This document shows, piece by piece, positions 19,614 through 29,441 of a stretch of 64,000 nucleotides of DNA; the first letter of the stretch is position 1, and each line of letters starts with the position of its first letter. Position numbers and translations under genes: made by a program. Below the pieces are notes generated by a model. It was not told the DNA's origin, ran no database searches, and saw only the letters and a list, made by a program, of their open reading frames with translations. Origin of the DNA: a bacterium (GTDB taxonomy: Bacteria; Chlamydiota; Chlamydiia; Chlamydiales; SM23-39); contig JAKBAE010000001.1 in the NCBI GenBank assembly GCA_021809325.1, positions 20,397-84,396 on the forward strand, given 5' to 3'.

Positions 19614-20228
19614 ATGCCCCCATCTGAATCTACCGAAAAAAATTGTATGAAAACCTTAAGCGACAAGATCGATCTTGCCCTTTTGGAAAAACGCCGGATT
19701 TTCCTCTCCGACGCCGTCGATTCGGACAGCGCCAAGGAGATCATCCGCAAGCTCTGGTACCTGGAACATATCGCTCCGGGCAAGCCGATCCTCTTTGTGA
19801 TCAACTCTCCCGGCGGCTCTGTGGACTCCGGCTTTGCGATATGGGACCAGATCAAGATGATCTCGTCTCCCGTCAGCACGCTCGTGACCGGGCTCGCGGC
19901 ATCGATGGGATCTCTATTATCCCTTTCCGCAGCCAAGGGCAAGCGTTTTGCGACGCCCAACTCCAGGATCATGATCCACCAACCCCTCATTTCCGGGGTG
20001 ATCCGCGGCCAGGCGACCGATCTCGATATCCAAGCGAAAGAGATGCTCAAGACCCGCAAGATGATCGTCGATATCTACGCTGAGTCGACCGGCAAAGATC
20101 CGGAGGCGATTGAAAAGGCGATCAACCGCGACAACTGGATGTCGTCGAAGGAAGCGAAAGACTTTGGGCTTCTCGACGGGATTATCACCAGCTTGAAAGA
20201 TCTCGAAAAGCAGCACGGAAAAGAGTGA
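19614..20228 (+). CDS. clpP: ATP-dependent Clp protease proteolytic subunit (copy 1)
   Basis: [18 protein letters not shown] (active-site Ser) and RIMIHQP (His). Follows glyA as in Chlamydia. Confidence 0.93.
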   Translation: MPPSESTEKNCMKTLSDKIDLALLEKRRIFLSDAVDSDSAKEIIRKLWYLEHIAPGKPILFVINSPGGSVDSGFAIWDQIKMISSPVSTLVTGLAASMGSLLSLSAAKGKRFATPNSRIMIHQPLISGVIRGQATDLDIQAKEMLKTRKMIVDIYAESTGKDPEAIEKAINRDNWMSSKEAKDFGLLDGIITSLKDLEKQHGKE

Positions 20229-21004
20229 TCGAACTTTCGTTTTCCAAATACGAGGGCGCGGGCAATGATTTTATCGTCGTTGACGATCGCGCCTCTTTCT
20301 TTCCTAGCGGCGATGCAGATTTAATTAGCAGGCTTTGCGATCGCCGTTTTGGGGTGGGCGCCGATGGCGTGCTGCTCCTCCAAAACGATCTTCAAGCCGA
20401 TGCCCGCATGCGCATTTTCAATAGCGATGGAAGCGAGGCGGAAGGCTGCGGCAATGGCGTGCGCTGTTTCGTCCGGTTTTTGGAAGATTTAGGAATTGAT
20501 CGTGCGGTTCACCGGGTTGCTGTCGGAGAAAAAATCTTGTCAGCCGAGATGGTTGACGGCCAGGTGCGCGTGGAAATGGGGGCTGTGAGCGGATGGGACA
20601 GCCATTGGATTGATGGTCAAGAGGTCCATTTTGTCGATAGCGGCGTGCCGCACGCAGTTTGTTTTGTCCCTGATGTAGGGGCCGTTCCTCTACATGAGAT
20701 AGGCCCCATCCTAAGGAGCCACCCGCTTTTTGGTCCGCGCGGGGCCAATGTCAATGTCGCGGCGGCGGGGCAAAACTTCGTCCGCGTCAGGACTTTTGAG
20801 AGGGGCGTCGAGGGCGAGACCCAGGCTTGCGGGACCGGCGCTACAGCCGTTGCAGTGATTGGCGCTCGGGTCTATGGATGGGATAGCCCGGTGCGGATCT
20901 GTTATCCCGGAGGCGATCTCGAAATCCATTTCGACGGATCGTTCAGCCGCATCTGGATGGCAGGGCCGGCGCGCAAGGTATTTGACGGTAAAGGCCTATT
21001 CTAA
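20225..21004 (+). CDS. dapF: diaminopimelate epimerase
   Basis: [14 protein letters not shown] start. [16 protein letters not shown] (first catalytic Cys) and [11 protein letters not shown] (second catalytic Cys). Confidence 0.9.
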   Translation: MIELSFSKYEGAGNDFIVVDDRASFFPSGDADLISRLCDRRFGVGADGVLLLQNDLQADARMRIFNSDGSEAEGCGNGVRCFVRFLEDLGIDRAVHRVAVGEKILSAEMVDGQVRVEMGAVSGWDSHWIDGQEVHFVDSGVPHAVCFVPDVGAVPLHEIGPILRSHPLFGPRGANVNVAAAGQNFVRVRTFERGVEGETQACGTGATAVAVIGARVYGWDSPVRICYPGGDLEIHFDGSFSRIWMAGPARKVFDGKGLF

Positions 21005-22060
21005 CGAAAGTCCTTGGGGCTTAAAATCTCTGAAATTTCCAAGTTCGCTGCGTAGATACATGTTTGTCGGGAGGTAGTCATTTGCTCGCAGCTTTCTCCA
21101 AGAAAAAGAGGGGAGCTCGCGCCTTTTGGTGCTCGCATCGAAAATTTCGTGGATGAGGCGTCCAGTCTTTCTGTCTAGAACATCGATCTGTAAGTTCTGC
21201 TCTTCGAGGAGGGCTCGTACATAAGGGATATCATCGAGATCGGTATCGATGAAGGCAATGGTTTTTTCCAAGATGGGGATATCCTTTAACACAGCCACCC
21301 ATAGGCTATAAAATACCTCTCCGTTCGGCATCCTTCCTGTGAAACAGGCGCCTTGTGTATCTATGAAGCAGCTTTCATCAATTGCAAACGCATGGTGCCC
21401 ATATCCAAAATTCCCCTCATTGTTACAAGAGACGTAGGTTCCGGGGCCTGCTGCGCCATTGGCAGACTGCTTGATCGTCTCCGTTCGGATGATGTTTTCG
21501 AGGCCGGCCCTTGTAGCATGGAAATAATCGGGCAAGGGCACATTGATCCCTTCTTTTAATTTCGCTGCAACTTTTCTAAAATAGCCGCATACTTTTTCGT
21601 CTTGGTACTTAGGAGTGGTTTGAATCAGTTTAATCGCGTTTTCTACCCGCTCTTGTTTTTCCGCAATTGCAACTACGGTTGTTAGGTAGTCTTCACCAGC
21701 ATAACGGCAACAGCCAGGCACCGGATAAGTGGAGAGAAGTGGAATAAATTCTTGGAGCCTGGCCTTTAGCTTGCGGGCGATTTTAAGCAGGCGCCTGTCT
21801 TCAGGCGTCTGGATTACATGATTTTGAATGGCATCGCTGAGTTTTGTGATCGTCTGGGTTACAATCTCTGTTTTCTCTGCAAGGGTCTCTTCCGGGCATA
21901 TCTGCATTTGCAAGATTTGAGATTCCAGCCGCATTCTGCGCATTGTTGCTTTGGATGACGAAATAGTTGTAAGGGGGGCGGACGGCAATTTTAACGGTTC
22001 GGGGATGGGATATCTCATCCGGAAAGAGGGTTGGATAGAGTTAAATGAAATATTTTCCAT
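20996..22060 (-). CDS. hypothetical protein; candidate effector with a possible ADP-ribosyltransferase (ART; PARP-like H-Y-E) motif
   Basis: 354 aa with no signal peptide. C-terminal half contains YFHATRAGLENII......GPGTYVS......FAIDESCF. AT-rich spacer upstream. Confidence 0.45.
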   Translation of the reverse strand: MENISFNSIQPSFRMRYPIPEPLKLPSAPLTTISSSKATMRRMRLESQILQMQICPEETLAEKTEIVTQTITKLSDAIQNHVIQTPEDRRLLKIARKLKARLQEFIPLLSTYPVPGCCRYAGEDYLTTVVAIAEKQERVENAIKLIQTTPKYQDEKVCGYFRKVAAKLKEGINVPLPDYFHATRAGLENIIRTETIKQSANGAAGPGTYVSCNNEGNFGYGHHAFAIDESCFIDTQGACFTGRMPNGEVFYSLWVAVLKDIPILEKTIAFIDTDLDDIPYVRALLEEQNLQIDVLDRKTGRLIHEIFDASTKRRELPSFSWRKLRANDYLPTNMYLRSELGNFRDFKPQGLSLE

Positions 22061-22167
22061 GCAGAGCCTTGGTTTTGTTTTATTTAAGCATATTGATTTG
22101 TGTGTTTATTTTGAAGTGCTATGGATTTTTATAATTAGAAGAAATGTATTTTGTATTAAAATTGAAT

Positions 22168-22187
22168 AGGAGCGGGAATCCGCTCCT
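22168..22187 (-). terminator. probable intrinsic terminator after the small OMP gene
   Basis: AGGAGCGG-GAAT-CCGCTCCT hairpin, 17 nt downstream of the stop at 22204. On the minus strand it is followed by ATTCAATTTTAAT. Confidence 0.45.
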
Positions 22188-22203
22188 ATCTTGTGCTCTC
22201 GGC

Positions 22204-22713
22204 TTAAAATCCCCAGCCGTAGCTGAGTGCTACCATTGGAAATGCTGTGACATCTACATGGTGGTGATGCATCCAGCTCACAGTTGGAAAGGTCACTTGC
22301 ATTTGCAAGAAGCGCATGTGCTGGCCTTCAGTGAGGTACTGTTTACCAAAGACAAATTCCGGGCCGGTAAACCAACCGCCATGATCGCCAATGATCGATC
22401 CCACCGTCACTCCGCCGCCGGCGTAAAACTCCGATGTAGCACACGGGTTGAAGTAATGAAGGTAGTAGCCATTGGCTTTCAAAAGCGTCCAGCTCACAAC
22501 CGTACTTACTTGCAAAGAGGCGTCGGCGCCATGATGCCCGCTTTGCATCCGATATCCCCCGCTAAAGATCGGAAGGGGAATAGGAGCAGGCCCGAGGCCA
22601 AAGCTCACATAGCCGTGTTCTTGTTTGACGGTTGGGGCGGCCGTCTCTTGAGGCTCTTCGGCGCTAAGCGCTGTCAGGGCAAGCAGTGGAAGGAGAATCA
22701 ATTTCGTTTTCAT
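22204..22713 (-). CDS. small (~8-strand) outer-membrane beta-barrel protein
   Basis: ATG at 22713 gives MKTKLILLPLLALTALSAEE (signal peptide). Alternating hydrophobic strands. C-terminal ALSYGWGF. Confidence 0.6.
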   Translation of the reverse strand: MKTKLILLPLLALTALSAEEPQETAAPTVKQEHGYVSFGLGPAPIPLPIFSGGYRMQSGHHGADASLQVSTVVSWTLLKANGYYLHYFNPCATSEFYAGGGVTVGSIIGDHGGWFTGPEFVFGKQYLTEGQHMRFLQMQVTFPTVSWMHHHHVDVTAFPMVALSYGWGF

Positions 22714-22890
22714 GAGACACCTCATTTAATATAAGAAATCTATTTTCTAATTGGTTTTGATATTTAGTCAATTCAAGCAATAATTTTAGTTAATTAAAAA
22801 TATTGCTATATCTATAAATTCGGATTGGCGTAGCGGGAAAAATAGCAACCAGCATAGACTGAGAAGAAGGTCTACATAGGTTCCTAAAGG

Positions 22891-25800
22891 ATGGACGCGC
22901 CTCTCTTCGTTTCTGAATACGAGAAAGCCGCAGGAGCTCTTTTGTCCAGAAACGCTGTACAAGAGCCAATCTATTCGCGCGGCACCTATCAGGTTGAAGT
23001 GGTAGACCGCAACACTTCATTTTATCCCTTTTTGCAGATCCAGGCAGAGGGTTTAACTGATGCATTCTGCACTTGCGCGCTGTCTGAAAAGGCGGGAGGG
23101 TGCCCCCATCTGGCGGCCGCGTGGCTTCGGATTTTCAATCAAACGAACGAGCCGCTCCATGTCCGCTTTCAGAGATCGTTTTGGAACCGTCTTTTTCAAA
23201 TGGCAAGCAAAAGACACGGTTATGAGACGAATTGTTTGAACCAAAAAGAGAATGCGTACGTCTGCGAGTCGACGACAAAAAAGGAACTCTTTTTGATCGA
23301 GGGGATGACGGAAGAGGGGAAAAGGCGCCTAAGCGCAATTGTCTCGGACAGGGTTGAAGAGACGGAAGAGACGTCGATCAAATTCTCCAACCTCTCGGCG
23401 GAGGAGTTAGAGCATTGGCGCGAGGGACAAGCGAGCCATTCGCTGCGCTTTGAGCTTTCCTTTTGGTGCGATCTGGCCAAATGGCTCATGTGGCTGGCCG
23501 ATTCGGGACAAGAGCCTGAAATTGTCTTTCAAGGAAAGAGCGGCGAGCTGCCGAGAGAAGTGGCCATCCGCTTTTCCGATGTGCGGATTGAGTGTTATAT
23601 CTCGGATGCGAACTGGCCTTGGATCATCCCTTCTCTAGGAACGGTGAAATCGAATCTTACGGTCGTGGACCGTGAAGAGATTCTTCTGGAAACAATCCAT
23701 TACAATGCCGCAGGGCGCTGTCTGGAGATCGGTCGAAAAGAAGAAGCTGAAGAAAAAAAAGGGGGAGGCAGAGGCATCCCTGTCGGGGAGTGGCTCTATG
23801 TGGAAGGAACCGGGTTTTATCGGCAGCGGGCCGACCCGCTTCTTGAAAAAGGGAAGATTGAAGAGAAAGAGATCGGCCCCTTTCTTTCCCGATCGGCCAA
23901 GACGATTGAAAAATGGCTGGATGTCCCTCTTCATCTAGATCCTGTCCGCGCCCGCTACCGGCTTTACTTTGATGAGACGGCCAATCTCCACATTCAGCTC
24001 TATCTTTTCGAGCCAAAAGAGATGGAACAAGAAGAGGCGGCTCCTTTTTTTCCTTGGGTCTATTTGCCGGAAAACGGTTTTTTTTGCGTTGAAGAGCTTA
24101 TGTTTGAAGAGGCGCATAAAATCATTCCCCGTGAAGGAGTGGCCGATTTCATCAACCGCCATCGCCACTGGCTTCATCAGTTTCCGGGATTCCAGACCCA
24201 TTTTGGTTCGCTCGAAGCCCACCTTACCTATTCGTTCACGCCGGATGGAGACCTCTCATTCGGAGCTCAGCTCGACTATCCAGAACACTTTGAAGGGGCT
24301 ATTGATTTCGAAGAATGGGTTTATTTGAAGGGGCAAGGGTTTTATATGAAAAAGCAGAGCCGTGGAAGGATGCCTCTTCATCCCGGCCTTGTCGTTCCCC
24401 AAAAAGAACTGGGTAATTTCCTATCGCAGCATAAAGAGGACCTTGAACAGGTGCAGGGGTTTTTTGCCCAGCGCTCTCCCATCGAGCGGATGGGGCTTTC
24501 GATCCGCGTCAACGATGAGGGGCGGATTGCGATTGCTCCGAAGTGCGAATTTGCAAAAGGCATTCTCCCTTCCGAAGTCGGTTTCTATGGAGATTTCGTC
24601 TACGTGCCCAAAGGGGGGTTTTTCGAGCTGCCGCCTACCTCGCGCCTTCCTGAAAGATATCGGGAACAGCTTGTTTTAAGCGAAAGCCAGGAAGGGGCTT
24701 TCCTCGCTTATGAATTGGAGCCTCTCAAAAAGCATCTGTTGGAGTGCGACCCGAAGCTTATCAAGCCTCAAAAACTCCATCTGCAGATCCGGAAAATCAG
24801 CCGCGAGCGCAAAAAGCGGTCCCCAGGCTGGCTGGTCGACGCCCTGTATGTTTCGGAAGGGGGCCATATCGATCTCTTTGCGATTTGGGAGGCGCTCCAA
24901 AAGAAGAAAAACCATCTCTTTTCCTCTGCCGGACTCCTTTTCTTGAAAGAGGCCCGTTTCAATTGGCTAAGGCAGCTGCCGAAAGCGCGCCTTGATAACA
25001 AGCGGGGCTGTGTGCGGCTCAATACCCTCGAGTGGATCCGCCTCACCGTCTTTGAAGAGATCCGCCCTCCGGAAGGAGATGATCCGGAAGCCGTAGCCGC
25101 ACGCGAGCTCTTGGGGGAGATCAGCCGTTTTGAGACCCACCGCCTGCTCGATCTCAGCCGTCTCCAGTCGACGCTTCGGCCCTACCAGGAGATCGGGGTG
25201 CAGTGGCTCTGGTTTCTCTATTGCCATGGACTCTCCGGCCTTCTCTGCGATGATATGGGCCTCGGCAAGACCCACCAGGCGATGGCGCTTCTCGCCGCCA
25301 TCCTCCATGAAGATGAGGCGAAGGAAAACAAATACCTCGTCGTCTGCCCTACCTCGGTCATCTACCACTGGCAAGACTCCCTCCAGAAATATCTTCCCCA
25401 GTTGCGCATCTGCACCTACTACGGCTTGGAGCGATCGCTCGAGCAGTTCGAGGAAAAATACGATCTTCTTCTCACCTCTTATGGGATTTTGCGCACGGGA
25501 AGAGAAGATCTGCGCGAGTATTCTTTTGAGATCGCGATCTTCGATGAGATCCAGATCGCTAAAAACGCAGCGTCGCAGACCCATCGGGCTTTGCGCTCGC
25601 TCCGCAGCCGCATGCGCCTCGGCCTGACCGGCACGCCGATTGAAAATCGGCTGCGCGAGCTCAAGGCGCTCTTTGATCTGACTTTGCCTAATTACATGCC
25701 CCCCGATTCAATTTTTCGCGAGATGTTCGTCAACCCAATTGAAAAAAACCAAGACCCGGATAAAAAAGCTCTCTTGGCGCGGTTTGTCAAGCCGTTTATC

Positions 25801-26592
25801 CTGAGGCGGAAAAAGAGCGAGGTGCTCACCGATTTGCCGGAGAAGATCGAAGAGATCGCCTATTGCGACCTTTCGGAAGAGCAGATGGGGCTCTATCGGG
25901 AGACGGCGATCAGGATGCGCGAAACGGTGTATCGCGACTTACAGGATCAGGGGAAGCCGGTTTCGTACATCCACGTCTTTTCCGCTCTCTCTACTCTTAA
26001 ACAGATTTGCGATCACCCAACGCTTTTAACTGGAAATGTCAAGGGGTGGACTTCCCATGCGTCGGGCAAATGGGACCTTTTCGTCGAGCTCTTGCAAGAG
26101 GCGCTCGGCAGCGGGCAGAAGGTGGTTGTTTTTTCCCAATACCTCGATATGCTCGCGATCATCGAATCCTATTTAAAGAAAAAGGGGATCGGGTTTGCGA
26201 CGATCAAAGGATCGACCCGCGATAGGAGAGAGCAGCTCCAGCGCTTCCGCGAAGATCCCGCATGCGAGGTCTTTGTCGCCTCTCTTTTAGCCGCAGGCGT
26301 CGGGATCGACTTAACTGTTGCCTCAATTGTCATCCATTACGACCGCTGGTGGAATCCGGCCAAAGAAAACCAGGCCACCGACAGGGTTCACCGTTTGGGC
26401 CAAAATCGAGGCGTGCAGGTCTTCAAGCTGGTGACAAAAAATACCATTGAAGAGCATATCCACACCCTTATCGAAAGAAAAAAGGGGCTTATGGAAGAGA
26501 TCATAGGCCAGGACGAGGCAGATCAAATCACTTATTTAAGCCGCGAAGAGCTGATCGCCGTTTTTGATGCGATCTGGAAAGAAGAGAGCTAG
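22891..26592 (+). CDS. SNF2/RapA-type helicase with N-terminal SWIM zinc finger
   Basis: SWIM motif CTCALSEKAGGCPHLAAAW. Helicase motifs DDMGLGKT (I), FDEIQIAKN (II), LTGTPIEN (III), and C-terminal QATDRVHRLGQ (VI). Confidence 0.9.
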   Translation: MDAPLFVSEYEKAAGALLSRNAVQEPIYSRGTYQVEVVDRNTSFYPFLQIQAEGLTDAFCTCALSEKAGGCPHLAAAWLRIFNQTNEPLHVRFQRSFWNRLFQMASKRHGYETNCLNQKENAYVCESTTKKELFLIEGMTEEGKRRLSAIVSDRVEETEETSIKFSNLSAEELEHWREGQASHSLRFELSFWCDLAKWLMWLADSGQEPEIVFQGKSGELPREVAIRFSDVRIECYISDANWPWIIPSLGTVKSNLTVVDREEILLETIHYNAAGRCLEIGRKEEAEEKKGGGRGIPVGEWLYVEGTGFYRQRADPLLEKGKIEEKEIGPFLSRSAKTIEKWLDVPLHLDPVRARYRLYFDETANLHIQLYLFEPKEMEQEEAAPFFPWVYLPENGFFCVEELMFEEAHKIIPREGVADFINRHRHWLHQFPGFQTHFGSLEAHLTYSFTPDGDLSFGAQLDYPEHFEGAIDFEEWVYLKGQGFYMKKQSRGRMPLHPGLVVPQKELGNFLSQHKEDLEQVQGFFAQRSPIERMGLSIRVNDEGRIAIAPKCEFAKGILPSEVGFYGDFVYVPKGGFFELPPTSRLPERYREQLVLSESQEGAFLAYELEPLKKHLLECDPKLIKPQKLHLQIRKISRERKKRSPGWLVDALYVSEGGHIDLFAIWEALQKKKNHLFSSAGLLFLKEARFNWLRQLPKARLDNKRGCVRLNTLEWIRLTVFEEIRPPEGDDPEAVAARELLGEISRFETHRLLDLSRLQSTLRPYQEIGVQWLWFLYCHGLSGLLCDDMGLGKTHQAMALLAAILHEDEAKENKYLVVCPTSVIYHWQDSLQKYLPQLRICTYYGLERSLEQFEEKYDLLLTSYGILRTGREDLREYSFEIAIFDEIQIAKNAASQTHRALRSLRSRMRLGLTGTPIENRLRELKALFDLTLPNYMPPDSIFREMFVNPIEKNQDPDKKALLARFVKPFILRRKKSEVLTDLPEKIEEIAYCDLSEEQMGLYRETAIRMRETVYRDLQDQGKPVSYIHVFSALSTLKQICDHPTLLTGNVKGWTSHASGKWDLFVELLQEALGSGQKVVVFSQYLDMLAIIESYLKKKGIGFATIKGSTRDRREQLQRFREDPACEVFVASLLAAGVGIDLTVASIVIHYDRWWNPAKENQATDRVHRLGQNRGVQVFKLVTKNTIEEHIHTLIERKKGLMEEIIGQDEADQITYLSREELIAVFDAIWKEES

Positions 26593-27536
26593 CGAGCTTT
26601 TTCCAGGTATTTGAGAGTTAAATCTTTTTCATCAGCAGTCAGGGTGTTATTTCTTTGTGTGCGCCTGATTGCTCCTTTTAACGTTTCCTCTGAGAATGTT
26701 GTTTTAAATAACAAAGCTTTCACAATATCCGGCAAAACGTCCGGTTGTCGATAGCCCCTCGCAACACTTTTCAGAAGAAGTTCCTCTCTGTCCTTTTGCG
26801 CCACTTTTCCGGCAGCAAGCGATGACTTCAAACGAGCCGGTCCCAACCGCTCGAGGATCTTCTCCCGAACTTCATCAGTCAGGCTTTGGTTTTCATCCGT
26901 TATATTGATCGCATCATCCAGCACTGCTCTTGAGACTGGTCCGTTTAATAGCAGGGCATATACAATGTCCGGCAGAGTGCATTGTTGTTCAGGAGGCGTT
27001 TTGAGGATCTCTAAGAGAGCCGCTTCTTTTTCTTTTTTCGGCATTTCCCCGGCTTCAAGTAATGCCGCTAAGCCACTCAGATGCCCCCGCATAGCGCAAG
27101 TGCGGATAGCCGATATTAAATCCTTTGGTTCTATCAGCTTGCATTTCAGCAGATGTGCAATAATGTCAAAGTGATTATTGTTCGCTAAAATCCAGACGGC
27201 TTCAGTTTTCCATTCAGGTGAACAGGTGTTCCAGTGGAGCAACTCTTTTATTACAAGCAGATGGCCGCCGCTTGCCGCATGCCACAGCGCAGCACCATGA
27301 GATTGTGTTGGAAATGTGCAGTGCTTTAAAAAAGCACATACAGAGTTTAAGTCGCCTTCCATGGCAGCCTTTAGATACTCTGAGTTCATTTTGTGTTGTG
27401 AAAGTTCGGCATTGATGTGAGGATCCATAGCGCTTGACTCGCTGCTTGAGGCAGAAACCGGCTGAGAGGTTGGTGCCGGCTCATCGAAATCAGGTAGAGT
27501 AGGATAGGATCTGGAAAATGATGGAGAAATGCGCAT
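26589..27536 (-). CDS. ankyrin-repeat protein (candidate effector)
   Basis: GAALWHAASGGHLLVIKELL and AIRTCAMRGHLSGLAALLEAG are ankyrin-type helix pairs. The C-terminal half has two ~60-aa repeats (LPDIVYALLLNG.. / LPDIVKALLFKT..). The N-terminus is Ser/Pro-rich and has no signal peptide. Confidence 0.65.
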   Translation of the reverse strand: MRISPSFSRSYPTLPDFDEPAPTSQPVSASSSESSAMDPHINAELSQHKMNSEYLKAAMEGDLNSVCAFLKHCTFPTQSHGAALWHAASGGHLLVIKELLHWNTCSPEWKTEAVWILANNNHFDIIAHLLKCKLIEPKDLISAIRTCAMRGHLSGLAALLEAGEMPKKEKEAALLEILKTPPEQQCTLPDIVYALLLNGPVSRAVLDDAINITDENQSLTDEVREKILERLGPARLKSSLAAGKVAQKDREELLLKSVARGYRQPDVLPDIVKALLFKTTFSEETLKGAIRRTQRNNTLTADEKDLTLKYLEKAR

Positions 27537-27594
27537 GTCGGCCTCAGTGGTTTAGGAAAAGGCCGACGATGATAACCTATTTTTCAGATTTGCT

Positions 27595-29316
27595 TCACCT
27601 AATATTGGCAATTGCCCGGCTTTTTTCAGCCATCACAAAATCACAGAGCGCGGAGTATTCGTTTGCTATGCCCTTATCTTTTGCGTAATCTAAAAAACCC
27701 TTAAGCTCTTGAGGTTTTTGTATGCTTTCGTAGTCTTCTTCGAAATGACTGCCCAAGTCATTCACTAGGATCCCGTATTCGAGATCGATCTTAGCGAGAG
27801 CTTCTTTTTGTTTAGTTGCCATCCGCTTTTCCCAATAAGAGGAGGTAGAGAGCAAATCCTCATCCGAAAGAGACGAGATTGCATCTCTTGCCTCTGATAA
27901 TTTTTTCGGAGTGACATTGGCGTAAGATTCATGTCCCATCTTCCGGGTTGTGATCGGTAAATCGAGATCATCTTTCAGATGGATTTGTAAGTAGAGGAGG
28001 GTTTCAAGTTCTTCATGCCCCGGATGGTGGGATAAAACGTATTGTTTGAGGCGCTCATAGCGCTCGGCGCCGAGGGCCAACCGCCGGAACTCTTCGTCGC
28101 TTAGCTCATTTCCATAAAAATGGGACATCACTTCGATATCGTTTAGACGGATGAGTGGGTTGTCGTCGCAATCCGTTTGCGCCTCCGTTAAGAGGGCGAT
28201 CAGATCTTCTCGGAACTCAACATTTTGAGACGCAAGATGGAGCATCTGATAAACGCGCTCAATGATGCCTGCCCGGCTTTGGCCGCCGTCTCGATAGTCT
28301 TTCACTTCGCGGACGCGCTGCAAAAAGAGCTTTAAGACAGATTCCTTGTCCCCTTCGAGGGAAAGTTCCGGCTTTTCGCATATTTGGGATGGATTTAGCC
28401 TTTGATATTCATTGAGCCATCTGTCAATGATATGATCGAGGCTTAAGTAGGGGTTTTTTCTCACAAGCAAAACAGCATCTTCATAGGAAATCGAATCTCG
28501 GATTACCTCATCCCCTGCGACTATTGTGGTTCTCAGGTAGGCGATGTGTTTTAAATGGTTGAATTCGGGACGCTGGCGCAACTCTTCGCCTGCGAACGCA
28601 AGAGCTGACGGCATATGAGCAATAGCCATCCCCACGATTTCATAGTCGTCGCAAAGCTCTTTCGCATATTCCAATATGAAAGGGTCATTTTGAATTCGTG
28701 AAATTACAAACTCTCGAAAAACGGGATCTTGATAAAGCTCCTGGCTTGCGTATTGGATTTCTCTTATGTTTAGCAGGGCCAGAGAGTGAAAGATCTCATA
28801 GTCGTTTTGAAATTCCGGAAGGTATTGCATGAGAGGGCCATTTCGCCATAAATAAATTGAGTTTAGTGCCCTAGAGACAATATTGTCCTCATTTCTATAG
28901 AGATGAGTATACGCGGCCACTGCTTCCATTACGATTTCTCGAAAGCCGGCTTCTTCGCGAAGCGTCTTGCCTGCATGCCGGATGGCAAATGGATCGCGTT
29001 TGAGCGCTGCGCGAACGATCTCAGCGTCATTGCTAAAATGGGGGAGCTGGCCCAGGCTCAGACGCCCCTCTTGTAGATATGCGAGAGCGAGGTTTTTATC
29101 TTGAATATTCACCGGTGCGGGCTCTTTTTGGATCTGCCTCCAGAAAGCAAATCCTCCGGCCGCAGCTCCAAGTGCAAATACAGAGCCCGGGATTGATCCC
29201 ACGATTTGGCTTGTGGATTGAGAAACAGCTGTTAGCGCACTGGCTACCCCTTCTTGAGGGAGGGCAGAAAATAGGATTTGCGTTGCATTGCTAGTTAGAT
29301 ATCCAATAGAATTCAT
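27595..29316 (-). CDS. DUF4116-like repeat protein with a hydrophobic N-terminal segment (candidate effector / membrane-anchored)
   Basis: Recurrent units D.EIV..A....P.A...A...LR....F: DAEIVRAALKRDPFAIRHAGKTLREEAGF, DYEIFHSLALLNIREIQYASQELYQDPVF, DYEIVGMAIAHMPSALAFAGEELRQRPEF. N-terminal hydrophobic stretch GSIPGSVFALGAAAGGFAFW. Confidence 0.55.
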   Translation of the reverse strand: MNSIGYLTSNATQILFSALPQEGVASALTAVSQSTSQIVGSIPGSVFALGAAAGGFAFWRQIQKEPAPVNIQDKNLALAYLQEGRLSLGQLPHFSNDAEIVRAALKRDPFAIRHAGKTLREEAGFREIVMEAVAAYTHLYRNEDNIVSRALNSIYLWRNGPLMQYLPEFQNDYEIFHSLALLNIREIQYASQELYQDPVFREFVISRIQNDPFILEYAKELCDDYEIVGMAIAHMPSALAFAGEELRQRPEFNHLKHIAYLRTTIVAGDEVIRDSISYEDAVLLVRKNPYLSLDHIIDRWLNEYQRLNPSQICEKPELSLEGDKESVLKLFLQRVREVKDYRDGGQSRAGIIERVYQMLHLASQNVEFREDLIALLTEAQTDCDDNPLIRLNDIEVMSHFYGNELSDEEFRRLALGAERYERLKQYVLSHHPGHEELETLLYLQIHLKDDLDLPITTRKMGHESYANVTPKKLSEARDAISSLSDEDLLSTSSYWEKRMATKQKEALAKIDLEYGILVNDLGSHFEEDYESIQKPQELKGFLDYAKDKGIANEYSALCDFVMAEKSRAIANIR

Positions 29317-29441
29317 ATTATTACCTTTTATTGGTTAGGTGATTATTTTACTATGAATGATAAATTAATGTAAATTAAAGAATTTTTTAGAGATAGCCGG
29401 CCCTTCCCTTAATCGGGCAAATCAGGTACTCTCTTAGGGCT

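Noticed and set aside
22144..22734. 196-aa plus-strand ORF
   Set aside because: It is antisense to the small OMP gene. The OMP gene has a signal peptide, beta-strand periodicity and a C-terminal Phe. The plus-strand product is Arg/His-rich with no features.
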